A DNA stretch of 56,700 nt from Candidatus Omnitrophota bacterium. GTDB taxonomy: Bacteria; Omnitrophota; Gorgyraeia; Zapsychrales; Zapsychraceae. The stretch is from assembly GCA_020053475.1 (NCBI GenBank), contig JAGVNC010000019.1, forward strand, positions 1 through 56,700, written 5' to 3'. Shown in pieces: positions 17,947-27,543 of the stretch; position 1 is the stretch's first letter, and each line of letters opens with the position of its first letter. Below the pieces are notes generated by a model that was not told the DNA's origin, made no database searches, and saw nothing but the letters and a program-made list of their open reading frames with translations. The translations under genes and the position numbers were made by a program.

Positions 17947-18384
17947 ATGGCCATGGAAATTACCGAAATCCGGGTGTTCCCTAAAGAAGGACAAGACAAA
18001 AAGCTAAAAGCTTATACGACGGTCACATTTGATAACGCCTTTGTTGTTAGGAATATCAAAGTCATCCAGGGATCGAATGGGTTGTTTATCGCCATGCCTT
18101 CTCGTAAGATGAAAGATTCTTGTCCGAAATGTCATTTTAAGAATGAAGTGGGAAGCAAATACTGTAATCAATGTGGCGCTTCTCTTCCTTCTATCAACAC
18201 TCAAGCCAGCGTTCCCGATGCAAAAGCCGAACACCGCGACGTCGCGCACCCGATTACCCAAGAATTTCGCGAATATTTGCAATCGAAGATTTTGGAAGCG
18301 TATGACAAGGAAATGGCGCAGGGAGGCGGGTTAGGGGCTTCGTCCGGAGCCAGGCATTCTAACGCCCATTCTGAGGATTTTTAA
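17947..18384 (+). CDS. spoVG: SpoVG family protein with an inserted zinc-ribbon
   Basis: MEITEIRVFP...LKAYTTVTFDNAFVVRNIKVIQGSNGLFIAMPSRK and RDVAHPITQEFR are the SpoVG core. CPKCHFKNEVGSKYCNQCG lies between the two blocks. Start chosen at the ATG at 17947 or 17953. Confidence 0.8.
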   Translation: MAMEITEIRVFPKEGQDKKLKAYTTVTFDNAFVVRNIKVIQGSNGLFIAMPSRKMKDSCPKCHFKNEVGSKYCNQCGASLPSINTQASVPDAKAEHRDVAHPITQEFREYLQSKILEAYDKEMAQGGGLGASSGARHSNAHSEDF

Positions 18385-18414
18385 CCCCCAAAATCTAAAA
18401 TATTCACAGCGTGT

Positions 18415-18488
18415 TGCCCGGTGGTGTAATGGTAACACACGAGAATTTGGATCTCGTTTTCCTGGTTCGAATCCAGGCTGGGCAGCCA
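18415..18488 (+). tRNA. tRNA-Gln (anticodon UUG), CCA encoded
   Basis: Hand fold: acceptor TGCCCGG/CTGGGCA, D stem GTGT/ACAC, anticodon stem CGAGA/TCTCG with loop ATTTGGA (anticodon TTG), T stem CCTGG/CCAGG with loop TTCGAAT, discriminator G, then CCA. Confidence 0.9.
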
Positions 18489-18504
18489 TTATTGCGGGGA
18501 AAAA

Positions 18505-19767
18505 ATGAAAGCCTTACGCACGATTATTTTAGCCGCCGGAAAAGGGGCACGGATGAAATCCGAACTCCCTAAAGTCCTGCATACGGTTTGTGGTAAAACG
18601 CTTTTGCAGTATATCATCGACATCGCCAAGTCGATCGGCTCGGGGAAGATTTTTATTGTTCTGGGATATAAGCGCGATGTTGTTCAAATGACATTGCCCA
18701 AGGATGCAACGGCGGTTCTTCAGAAACGGTTATTGGGAACGGCGGATGCCGTTCGGTGCACTCAAAAGTTTTTTCGAGGATTTCGCGGCGACGTATTGAT
18801 TCTTTGCGCAGACACTCCCTTGTTGCGTAAAACGACCGTCAAAAGCCTTATTCGTAAGCATAAGAAAACAAAAGCCGCTTGCACCGTGTTGACGATGGTC
18901 GTGCACAATCCCGACGGATACGGGCGCATTATCAGAGACGAATCCGGCCGGGTCGTGGCCATTCGCGAAGATAAGGATGCGGTTGGATTAGAGCGCAACA
19001 TCGCGGAAGTCAATACCGGCGCTTATTGTTTTCGAAGTCAGGATTTGTTTTCGTTTCTTAAAGGTATTTCCTTGAATGCGGAGAAAAAAGAATTTTATTT
19101 GACGGATATTATTGCGTTACTGAAAGAAAAAGATTTAAGAGTCGAAACGATCGAAACGGAAGACTCCAAAGAGGCGCTAGGGATCAATACCCGCGAGGAT
19201 TTAGCTGTTGCCGGGGCTGTTTTACGCCAGCGCGTTTTAAAAGAATTGATGGACCAAGGGGTTTCGATTGTCGATCCCCAGACAACATACATCGACGCCA
19301 GCGCGAAAATTGGCAAAGATACGATGATTCGTCCTTTCACGGTGATTGAGAATAATGTCACGATCGGCCGTGAATGCATGATTGGCCCTTTTGCTCGTTT
19401 GCGTGCTGGAACAAGAATCGGTGATGCCGTTGAGGTGGGGAATTTTACGGAAATTTCGCGAACACGGATCGGCCATCGCACGCTCATGAAGCATTTTAGT
19501 TTTTTGGGAGACGCGTTGGTGGGCAAGAAGGTGAATATCGGCGCAGGCACGGTCACGGCCAATTTTGACGGGAAAGACAAGAATACGACACGGATTGACG
19601 ACAACGCATTTATCGGATCGGATTCAGTGTTAATCGCGCCGGTGAGAATCGGGCGCGGAGCGATTGTCGGTGCGGGGAGTGTCGTGACGCGCAATAAACA
19701 TATTCCGGAAGGAAAAGTCGCGATGGGTGTTCCTGCGAAAGTGATTGTCGGAGGAAGAAAAAGATGA
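18505..19767 (+). CDS. glmU: Bifunctional UDP-GlcNAc pyrophosphorylase / GlcN-1-P N-acetyltransferase
   Basis: N-terminal LAAGKGARMKSELPKVLH; C-terminal left-handed beta-helix hexapeptide repeats. Confidence 0.85.
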   Translation: MKALRTIILAAGKGARMKSELPKVLHTVCGKTLLQYIIDIAKSIGSGKIFIVLGYKRDVVQMTLPKDATAVLQKRLLGTADAVRCTQKFFRGFRGDVLILCADTPLLRKTTVKSLIRKHKKTKAACTVLTMVVHNPDGYGRIIRDESGRVVAIREDKDAVGLERNIAEVNTGAYCFRSQDLFSFLKGISLNAEKKEFYLTDIIALLKEKDLRVETIETEDSKEALGINTREDLAVAGAVLRQRVLKELMDQGVSIVDPQTTYIDASAKIGKDTMIRPFTVIENNVTIGRECMIGPFARLRAGTRIGDAVEVGNFTEISRTRIGHRTLMKHFSFLGDALVGKKVNIGAGTVTANFDGKDKNTTRIDDNAFIGSDSVLIAPVRIGRGAIVGAGSVVTRNKHIPEGKVAMGVPAKVIVGGRKR

Positions 19768-20711
19768 ATGGATTAGCGTTATTAACAGGAAATGCCAATC
19801 CTGGATTGGCCAAAGATATCGCCAAGCACCTTCATTCGAATTTAACGGAAGTTCTTGTTTCGCGTTTTAGCGAAGGAGAAATCCGGGTCCAGATTCAGGA
19901 AAATATCCGTGGCAAGGACGTATTTATCATCCAGCCGACATGCCCTCCGGCCAATGACAATTTGATGGAGCTGTTGATCTTGATTGATGCCGCCCGACGG
20001 GCATCGGCCGACCGGATCACGGCAGTCATTCCTTATTATGGGTATGCGCGTCAAGACCGTAAAGATCAGCCGCGCGTTCCGATCACGGCGAAATTGGTGG
20101 CGAATTTGGTTGTTGCGGCAGGCGCCAATCGCGTGCTGACGATGGATTTGCACGCGAATCAGATCCAAGGATTTTTTGATATCCCGGTGGACCATTTGTA
20201 CGCGATTAATGCGCTGTGTGATTATTTCTTGGTGAAGGAGATGAAGAACCTCGTGGTCGTTTCCCCGGATGTTGGGGGAATCAAAATGGCACGGGCTTAT
20301 GCCAAGCGATTGTTGGCTGAATTGGCGATCGTCGATAAACGCCGTTATTCTCCGGAAGAAACGGAAGTCATGCATATCCTGGGGAATGTCAAAGGGAAAA
20401 ATGCCATCTTGATCGACGATATCGTTGCGACGGCCGGGTCCATCATCGAAGCGGTGGAAGCGCTCAAATCCCAAGGGGTCAAAGATGTTTATGCCGCAGT
20501 GAGTCACGGCATTTTATCCGGGACAGCCATTGACCGCTTGAGAAAATGTAAAGAATTGAAAGAGTTGATCATCACCGACAGTATCCCGTTGGACGATTCC
20601 AAAAAATTGTCCACGATTACAGTGGTCACGGTGGCTCCCTTGTTGGCGGAAGCCATTCAACGGATCCATAATGCAGAATCGATTAGTTGTTTATTCGACG
20701 TAACTCGTTAA
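19764..20711 (+). CDS. prs: Ribose-phosphate pyrophosphokinase
   Basis: Contains YYGYARQDRK and the PRPP-binding loop DDIVATAGS. Confidence 0.9.
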   Translation: MNGLALLTGNANPGLAKDIAKHLHSNLTEVLVSRFSEGEIRVQIQENIRGKDVFIIQPTCPPANDNLMELLILIDAARRASADRITAVIPYYGYARQDRKDQPRVPITAKLVANLVVAAGANRVLTMDLHANQIQGFFDIPVDHLYAINALCDYFLVKEMKNLVVVSPDVGGIKMARAYAKRLLAELAIVDKRRYSPEETEVMHILGNVKGKNAILIDDIVATAGSIIEAVEALKSQGVKDVYAAVSHGILSGTAIDRLRKCKELKELIITDSIPLDDSKKLSTITVVTVAPLLAEAIQRIHNAESISCLFDVTR

Positions 20712-20736
20712 AAAAAAGAAAAAGGCGGTAGGTGAA

Positions 20737-21480
20737 ATGGAAGAAATTAAATTGGATGTTCAAATACGCAAAGAGCATGGGACTCGAAAAATTACAAGAA
20801 TTCGTCGGGAAGATTTGATCCCTGGCGTCATTTATGGCGGAAAACAAAAAACGTCGACATTGGTTCAAGTTGATCGTCGCACTTATGAAAAAATTATGCG
20901 CCAGCATCAAGGGCAAAGTGTATTGTTTCACCTCAATGTGTTGGAAGGTGATAAGAAATTGCGCGATTATTCGGCGATCGTCAAAGAAGAGCAGCATCAT
21001 CCTGTGTCGTACAATCTTTTGCATCTTGATTTTAATCGGATTTCGTTAACCGAAGAGATCGAAGTCAAGATCCCTATTGTGGTCAAAGGGGATGCCGTGG
21101 GTGTTAAGCGCGATGGTGGATCGTTGGAGCAGTCTCTTTGGGAATTAGAGGTCAGATGTTTGCCGACCAAAATCCCCCAAAAAGTTGAGGTGGATGTCAG
21201 CGCGCTGACGATTGGTGACTCGATCCATGTCAAAGATATTGTGTTACCTGAGGGTGTGCAGACAAAGCATGATGGGGAAGGCATGGTTGCCAGTGTTGTT
21301 CCTCCGATGAAAGAGGAAGTGGCCGCACCAGCCGCTACGGAAGAAGCCATGACGGAACCGGAAGTGATTAAGAAGAAGAAAGCGGATAAAGAAGGCGAAG
21401 CAGTTGAAGGTGCTGACGCTAAAGCTCCGGAAAAAGCCAAAGCTGCCCCGGAAAAGCCCAAATCTCCAGAGAAAAAGTAA
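20737..21480 (+). CDS. rplY: 50S ribosomal protein L25 / general stress protein Ctc
   Basis: RREDLIPGVIYG... Ctc-type two-domain fold with a Lys/Ala/Glu/Pro-rich tail. Confidence 0.85.
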   Translation: MEEIKLDVQIRKEHGTRKITRIRREDLIPGVIYGGKQKTSTLVQVDRRTYEKIMRQHQGQSVLFHLNVLEGDKKLRDYSAIVKEEQHHPVSYNLLHLDFNRISLTEEIEVKIPIVVKGDAVGVKRDGGSLEQSLWELEVRCLPTKIPQKVEVDVSALTIGDSIHVKDIVLPEGVQTKHDGEGMVASVVPPMKEEVAAPAATEEAMTEPEVIKKKKADKEGEAVEGADAKAPEKAKAAPEKPKSPEKK

Positions 21481-21536
21481 CCCATTGGGCCGCTCGCGGG
21501 ACAGGATGTTTGGTCTTGTGAAAATTAGGTTGAACA

Positions 21537-22130
21537 TTGTCTGATGCGAAATTGATTGTAGGGTTAGGGAATCCAGGCAAGCAGTATGCGTATACACGCC
21601 ATAACCTGGGATTCCTTGTCGGTGAACGCTGCGCTCAGCTATATCGTGGGAAATTTTCTTTGTGTTCTTTCACAAAAGCATTGATGGCGCAAGGCACGAT
21701 CAATCAGACGACCGTCAAGATTGTTTTGCCGACGACGTTCATGAACCATTCCGGATTGGCGGTGAAACAGTCTCTCGACCACGAAAACATCGGTTTACAA
21801 GATCTGTTCGTCGTTTGTGATGACGTGAACTTAGAGTTTGGAAGGATGCGGTTACGGGAGAAAGGCAGCGACGGAGGACATAACGGCTTGGCGTCCATCA
21901 TTGAGCAGTTAGGCACATCCGATTTTGCTCGGTTGCGTTTAGGGGTCGGACAACCGCCGACCAAAGAGCAAATGGTGGATTATGTGTTAGAAGAATTTAA
22001 CAAAGAGGAAAAACGGTACCTCGAAGGCTTTATCGACCAAGCAGCCCAGTGTTGCACGGTATGGCTGAACGAGGGCATTCACAAAGCAAGCGAGTTGTTT
22101 AACAAAAGGGAAAAAAATGGGAAAGACTGA
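21537..22130 (+). CDS. pth: Peptidyl-tRNA hydrolase
   Basis: Contains LIVGLGNPG..Y..TRHN.GF and GGHNGL. The apparent start is TTG. Confidence 0.9.
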   Translation: MSDAKLIVGLGNPGKQYAYTRHNLGFLVGERCAQLYRGKFSLCSFTKALMAQGTINQTTVKIVLPTTFMNHSGLAVKQSLDHENIGLQDLFVVCDDVNLEFGRMRLREKGSDGGHNGLASIIEQLGTSDFARLRLGVGQPPTKEQMVDYVLEEFNKEEKRYLEGFIDQAAQCCTVWLNEGIHKASELFNKREKNGKD

Positions 22131-22422
22131 TGTACTCAACAAGTATGAATTGGTGATGATTCTTGATGCCAAATTAACGGCTGACGAAAAGCAAGGAATC
22201 CTCAACGAAGCGTTAGACGCGTTGCAAAAGGCCGGCGGGGAAGCCATTAACAACCAAATTTGGTTTGAAAAGCAACGGCTGACATTCTCCATCAAAAAAC
22301 GAAATGAAGGGACTTATTACATGGTGAATTTTGCCGCGCCTGGGGAAGCGATCGAAAAAGTTAGGCCTACGTTAACGTTGAATGAAAATATCCTTCGTTT
22401 TGCCATTATGCGAGGAGAGTAA
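22117..22422 (+). CDS. rpsF: 30S ribosomal protein S6
   Basis: YELVMILD...W..QRL.F.I.K...G.Y.MVNF; 101 aa, upstream of ssb and rpsR. Confidence 0.9.
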   Translation: MGKTDVLNKYELVMILDAKLTADEKQGILNEALDALQKAGGEAINNQIWFEKQRLTFSIKKRNEGTYYMVNFAAPGEAIEKVRPTLTLNENILRFAIMRGE

Positions 22423-22452
22423 TTTAACCAAGTTATTGATTTAGGGGAGGTT

Positions 22453-22935
22453 ATGAACATGGCGAATTTAAACAAAGTTTTTTTGATCGGGAATTTAACC
22501 AGAGATCCTGAGTTGCGCTATACGCCCGGGGGGACAGCTGTCGCGAATTTAGGGATTGCTGTGAATCGGCGGTTTAAAGACAGTTCCGGCGAACTCAAAG
22601 AAGAGGTCTGTTTTTTGACGGTCACGGTGTGGGACAAACAAGCGGAAGCTTGCTGCCAGTATCTGCAAAAAGGCCGTCCTGTTTTTGTTGAAGGGGTCTT
22701 ACAATCCCGTTTTTGGGAGACAAGCGACGGACAAAAACGCAGCGCCATTGATGTTCGTGCCGAACGAGTCCAATTTTTAGGAACATATAGTGCTGGCGCT
22801 TCGAAAGAAAAAGAAACCAATAATAACAATAACAATAACAATAACAATAAAACAGAATCAGAGATGGCGGACGTTGTCAGCCAGCAATCCGAGGAATCAG
22901 CTATTAAGCCCGAAGATGTTGCTTGGGACGAATAA
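22453..22935 (+). CDS. ssb: Single-stranded DNA-binding protein
   Basis: OB fold NKVFLIGNLTRDPELRYTP.G.AVANLGIAVNR. The disordered tail contains an Asn run. Confidence 0.9.
   Translation: MNMANLNKVFLIGNLTRDPELRYTPGGTAVANLGIAVNRRFKDSSGELKEEVCFLTVTVWDKQAEACCQYLQKGRPVFVEGVLQSRFWETSDGQKRSAIDVRAERVQFLGTYSAGASKEKETNNNNNNNNNNKTESEMADVVSQQSEESAIKPEDVAWDE
22822..22848 (+). repeat. (AATAAC)4 hexanucleotide microsatellite inside ssb, encoding poly-Asn
   Basis: aataac occurs 4 times from 22822, followed by aat. It is in frame and gives about 10 consecutive Asn. Confidence 0.9.
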
Positions 22936-22950
22936 TCCACATTTCAGGAG

Positions 22951-23220
22951 ATGGAGCCAACAATGAGAGAAATGAATCATCGGGATCGGGAGAATCGCGG
23001 ATATCACAACCGAAAGCCTGTCTTTAAATTTAAAATTCCTAAAAACACGACAATTGATTATAAAAACGTGCCGTTGTTGCAGAAATTTGTTAATGAACGG
23101 GGCAAGATTGTTTCGCAGCGCGTTTCGGGAGTTACATCCAAGCAACAACGACAGCTTTGTGAGGCGATCAAACGAGCGCGATATTTGGCCTTGTTACCGA
23201 CAGGCGGAGTCAAACGATAA
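22951..23220 (+). CDS. rpsR: 30S ribosomal protein S18
   Basis: [22 protein letters not shown]....QQR.L..AIKRAR.LALLP. Confidence 0.9.
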   Translation: MEPTMREMNHRDRENRGYHNRKPVFKFKIPKNTTIDYKNVPLLQKFVNERGKIVSQRVSGVTSKQQRQLCEAIKRARYLALLPTGGVKR

Positions 23221-23331
23221 AGTTCCCTAGAGGATTTGGGGGTTAATGAAAGTTTGTTAAGCTTGCCTGGCCCGTAGAACGGGCCTGTCACCCGCTGCAA
23301 GAGGTGACCGGCAGGCGCAGGGAGAAAAATC

Positions 23332-23775
23332 ATGGAAGTCATTTTAACGCAAGATGTCCAGCATGTGGGCAAAACAGGCGCTGTTGTCAAAGTCAAAGAC
23401 GGTTATGCCCGCAATTTTTTATTTCCCTCGAAATTGGCTTTTGTGGCCACAGCGACTAACTTAAAGAAGATCGAACAGCAAAAGAAACAACGCGAAGCGT
23501 TGAATGAAGAGCAAAAACAAAAAGCTCAAAAGTTAGCCGAGAAATTAAGTAAAGTTTCTTGTACGGTCAACGTGGAAGTCAACGATTTGGACAAACTTTA
23601 TGGGTCGGTGACGGAGACGGAAATCGTTAAGGCGTTAGAATTAGAAGGATTTTCGCTCGACAAGAAAAATATCTCCATTGAAAAACCTATTCAGGATTTA
23701 GGCATTTTTGAAGTTGGAGTCAAGCTCCATCCGGAAGTCATGGCCAAAATACGCCTATGGGTCACAAAGAAGTAA
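23332..23775 (+). CDS. rplI: 50S ribosomal protein L9
   Basis: MEVILTQDV...G..G..V.VKDGYARNFL.P...A. Confidence 0.9.
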   Translation: MEVILTQDVQHVGKTGAVVKVKDGYARNFLFPSKLAFVATATNLKKIEQQKKQREALNEEQKQKAQKLAEKLSKVSCTVNVEVNDLDKLYGSVTETEIVKALELEGFSLDKKNISIEKPIQDLGIFEVGVKLHPEVMAKIRLWVTKK

Positions 23776-25088
23776 GGATTCCGCCCCAAAACATTGAGGC
23801 CGAAAAATCAGTCTTAGGATCGATGCTCATTGATGAAGAGGCCATCGGTCTGGCCCTCGAAATCTTAGAGGAAGGCTGGTTCTACGAAGATTCCCACCGT
23901 AAGATTTTTAAGGCGATCCTCGAGCTTTATACCGCCCGGAAAAACGTTGATCTGATCACCCTTTCCGATAAATTAAAAAACGACGGGATGCTTGAACAAA
24001 TCGGTGGCGTCCATTATATCACGTCCATTATTGATGAGGTCCCGACCTCGGCCAATGTGGAGCACTATGCGCGCATCGTCAAGGAACGCGGCATTCTTCG
24101 CCGGCTGATTCAAAATGCTACCCAGATTGTCGCCGACAGTTATGAATCGCACGGTAACATCGAAGAGGTGGTCGATAATGCCGAGAAGCTGATTTTTGAA
24201 GTCGCCGATCTCAAGCACGCCCAGCAATCGTTTCATATCAAAGATTTGGTCAGGGACGGGATCGAGACATTGGACCGCCTTTATCAACGCAAAGAACACA
24301 TCACTGGCCTTGCCACGGGATTTGAAAAATTTGATTACATGACGTCGGGATTGCAACGATCCGATTTGGTTATTGTGGCCGGCCGCCCCTCGATGGGGAA
24401 AAGTGCGTTGGCCGTTTCCATCGGGGAATATAGTGCCATCGAGCAAAAGAAATCCGTCGCGTTTTTCAGCTTGGAAATGTCGAAAGAACAATTGGTGCAG
24501 CGCATGCTCTGTTCTGTGGCGCGTGTCGATGCGCATAAGGTGAGGAGCGGGTTTTTAAGCCCTTCTGATTGGCCGAAGCTGACCAAGGCCGCCGGGATTT
24601 TATCCGAAGCCAGAATATTTATCGATGACACGCCTGCCATTTCCGCGCTCGAATTACGCGCCAAGGCCCGGCGTTTAAAAGCGAATTATGGGATTGATTT
24701 AATGATTTTGGATTATTTGCAGCTCATGCGCGGAAGTGTGCGCTCGGAAAGCCGGCAACAGGAAATTTCCGAGATTTCCCGTTCGTTAAAAGCGTTGGCC
24801 CGCGAATTGGACGTGCCGGTGATTGGGTTAAGCCAATTGTCCCGCGCGGTCGAATCGCGCCAGGATCATCGTCCTCAACTTTCGGATTTGCGTGAATCGG
24901 GAGCCATCGAACAAGATGCGGATCTTGTCATCCTCCTGATGCGCGAAGAGTATTATAATCCGACGGAAGAAAATAAAGGCGTGGCGGACGTCATTATCGC
25001 CAAACAGCGCAACGGCCCTGTGGGCACCATCCAGCTCGCCTTTATAAAAGAATACATGCGCTTTGAAAATCTTGCACAAGCTGGTTGA
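23757..25088 (+). CDS. dnaB: Replicative DNA helicase DnaB
   Basis: PPQNIEAEKSVLGSML, Walker A GRPSMGKSA, SLEMS, LSQLSR and QRNGP. Confidence 0.9.
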   Translation: MGHKEVRIPPQNIEAEKSVLGSMLIDEEAIGLALEILEEGWFYEDSHRKIFKAILELYTARKNVDLITLSDKLKNDGMLEQIGGVHYITSIIDEVPTSANVEHYARIVKERGILRRLIQNATQIVADSYESHGNIEEVVDNAEKLIFEVADLKHAQQSFHIKDLVRDGIETLDRLYQRKEHITGLATGFEKFDYMTSGLQRSDLVIVAGRPSMGKSALAVSIGEYSAIEQKKSVAFFSLEMSKEQLVQRMLCSVARVDAHKVRSGFLSPSDWPKLTKAAGILSEARIFIDDTPAISALELRAKARRLKANYGIDLMILDYLQLMRGSVRSESRQQEISEISRSLKALARELDVPVIGLSQLSRAVESRQDHRPQLSDLRESGAIEQDADLVILLMREEYYNPTEENKGVADVIIAKQRNGPVGTIQLAFIKEYMRFENLAQAG

Positions 25089-25142
25089 CAGTAAGAAATA
25101 ATCCCCCTATAATCAGAAAAAATCCCCAACAGATAGGAATTT

Positions 25143-27518
25143 ATGCTACATAAGAGGTTGTTTCTTCTTGTCCTTAATTCCCTTATTCTTTCATTTTTTA
25201 TTTCATTAAGTTTTGCGCAGGATGATCCCCAAGAACCTGCCCGGAATCAAGTTCAGGAAGCTCCTTCCATCGATGTTCCTCCTCCGCCGGTTTCGCAAAA
25301 CGAACGAATCATCAAGGCTATCGAAATCCAGGGGAACAAAACGATCAGCATCGCGACGATTTTATCGAAAATTAAAACGCGCGTGGGGGAAGAATACAAG
25401 CAAATCGTCATTAGCGATGATTTGAAACGATTGTACAATACGGGTTATTTTTCCGACGTCCGTGTCGACCGCCAGGAGCATGACGGCGGCTTGAAGGTCA
25501 TCATCCTTCTCGAAGAGAAATCCATTATCGAAGAAGTCACGTTTTCCAAGACTCGATCCATCAAATCACGTGTATTGGCCAAAAAAATCAATACGCAGGT
25601 AGGGAAATTTTTGGATAAGAAGGAATTAAAGGACGATATCAACACCATGAAAGAATTATACGTTAAAAAAGGGTTCACGCAGGCCGAAGTGGACGTTGAA
25701 ACGTTTATTGATGAAGTCACCAATAAGGCTAGCATCCATTTTGTGATTCGGGAAGGGTTCCGCATTAAGGTCAAGAAAATCAATATTTACGGCAATGACA
25801 CATTCCGCGACAAGAAAATCAAAAAGATTATCAAAACCCGCCCCGATACATTGTTTACGTCCGGTTATTTGAAAGAAGATATCCTTAAGGAAGACATGGA
25901 GAGGATTAAAGCCTTTTATGAGCAGGAAGGGTTTATCGATGTGAAAGCCCAATACACCATTGATTATCTTTATAAGGGGCGCATTGAAATTAATATTGAA
26001 ATCGAAGAGGGCCAGCGTTATTATACTGGGAGCATTGTTTTGAATGGCAATGAAGTTCTTTCTAATAAAGAGATTTCGAAGGCCATGGAGGGAATTCAAG
26101 AGGGAGGCGTTTTTAGCCGGGAAAAACTATCGGTCGATTTGTCAAAGATCCGTGCGTTATATTTTGATCAAGGCTATATTTTTGCCAACGTGCGCGAATC
26201 GACGTCCCTCGATTCCCAGACTGGCCGTGTCGAGGTGCGTCTTGACATTGATGAAGGCGGTCCGGCATTTATTGAACGGATCAACATCCAAGGGAATACC
26301 CGGACACGTGATATTGTTATCCGACGAGAACTGCAGATGCACCCCGGTGATCAATTTGACGGTGCCAAGTTAAAACGCAGCAAGGAGCGTCTAACGAATC
26401 TGGGATATTTTGAAGATATCGGCTATGATATTGAGGACACAGATTATCCTGACCGCAAAAACTTGGTTGTCCAAGTCAAGGAAGCCAAAACAGGAACGTT
26501 TAGCTTTGGAGGCGGGTTTAGCACGGTCGATAAAGTCGTGGGATTTGTGGAAATCGAACAAAAGAACTTTGATTTTACCAACTGGCCCACGTTCACGGGA
26601 GGCGGCCAGGATTTAGTGATCCGCGCAGAAACAGGATCCACGCGCAGCAATTATCGGCTGAGCTTTACCGAGCCTTGGGTTTTTGATCATCCTATTTCCG
26701 GCGGGTTTGATATTTTCCGCCTGGAAAGACAGAGAGAAGAAGATACAGGGTATGCCTATGATGAAAAACGTTTGGGAGGAGACCTTCGTTTAGGGAAAAG
26801 ATTTTCGGATTATGTGTCCGGGAACGTGACTTACAAATTGGAAGAGATCACAATCGGTAATTTGGAAGACAATGCCTCGGCCGATTTGGTGGCTGAAGTC
26901 GGAAAGAACACAGTCAGTTCTTTGGGCTTTGGCTTAACAAGAGATTCACGGGACAACATTTTTAGCCCGACGAAAGGTTGGGTCCTTGGCGGTAATTTGG
27001 ATGTCGCCGGCGGGCCTCTAGGGTTTGATAAAGATTTCTATCGATTAGGCGGGCGGGGCAGTTATTTTGTGCCGCTTGTATTTAATTCAGTCTTAGAATT
27101 TCGTTTGAATACTGGCATTGTCAAAGCCTATGGGGATTCAGATAAAGTCCCTATTTTTGAACGTTTTTTCGCTGGTGGCGCGCGCACCATCCGTGGGTAC
27201 GATGAACGCGAGGTCGGTCCTCTGGATCCTGTGACATTCGATCCTCTGGGTGGGGAAAGCATGGTTGTGGGCACAATCGAATACACCGTCCCGATCATTG
27301 AGTTTGTTAAATTGGCTACCTTCCTGGATGCTGGGAATGTTTGGGAGAAGGTGAATGATTTTGGTCAAGATGAACTAAAAAGCGGCGTAGGGTTAGGACT
27401 GAGGGTCAAGACTCCTATTGGGCCGATTAATCTGGATTATGGTTATCCCTTAAACGATATCCCCACTGAAGAAGAGAAACAGGGTAAATTTTACTTTAGT
27501 GTGAGTCGAGGATTCTAG
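25143..27518 (+). CDS. bamA: Outer membrane protein assembly factor BamA
   Basis: Signal peptide, five POTRA-like repeats (I..I.I.GN...), C-terminal beta-barrel ending ...YFSVSRGF. Confidence 0.9.
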   Translation: MLHKRLFLLVLNSLILSFFISLSFAQDDPQEPARNQVQEAPSIDVPPPPVSQNERIIKAIEIQGNKTISIATILSKIKTRVGEEYKQIVISDDLKRLYNTGYFSDVRVDRQEHDGGLKVIILLEEKSIIEEVTFSKTRSIKSRVLAKKINTQVGKFLDKKELKDDINTMKELYVKKGFTQAEVDVETFIDEVTNKASIHFVIREGFRIKVKKINIYGNDTFRDKKIKKIIKTRPDTLFTSGYLKEDILKEDMERIKAFYEQEGFIDVKAQYTIDYLYKGRIEINIEIEEGQRYYTGSIVLNGNEVLSNKEISKAMEGIQEGGVFSREKLSVDLSKIRALYFDQGYIFANVRESTSLDSQTGRVEVRLDIDEGGPAFIERINIQGNTRTRDIVIRRELQMHPGDQFDGAKLKRSKERLTNLGYFEDIGYDIEDTDYPDRKNLVVQVKEAKTGTFSFGGGFSTVDKVVGFVEIEQKNFDFTNWPTFTGGGQDLVIRAETGSTRSNYRLSFTEPWVFDHPISGGFDIFRLERQREEDTGYAYDEKRLGGDLRLGKRFSDYVSGNVTYKLEEITIGNLEDNASADLVAEVGKNTVSSLGFGLTRDSRDNIFSPTKGWVLGGNLDVAGGPLGFDKDFYRLGGRGSYFVPLVFNSVLEFRLNTGIVKAYGDSDKVPIFERFFAGGARTIRGYDEREVGPLDPVTFDPLGGESMVVGTIEYTVPIIEFVKLATFLDAGNVWEKVNDFGQDELKSGVGLGLRVKTPIGPINLDYGYPLNDIPTEEEKQGKFYFSVSRGF

Positions 27519-27543
27519 AGGGGGTTTAGAAAAGGAGGATGCA

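Noticed and set aside
19095-20507. Long antisense ORFs (for example 19095..19694 and 19842..20507; also 38925..39485, 40257..40862, 29032..29541, 15081..15578)
   Set aside because: These are shadow ORFs on the strand opposite strongly supported genes (glmU, prs, clpC, lpxC, hisG). They have low-complexity, unconserved-looking translations.
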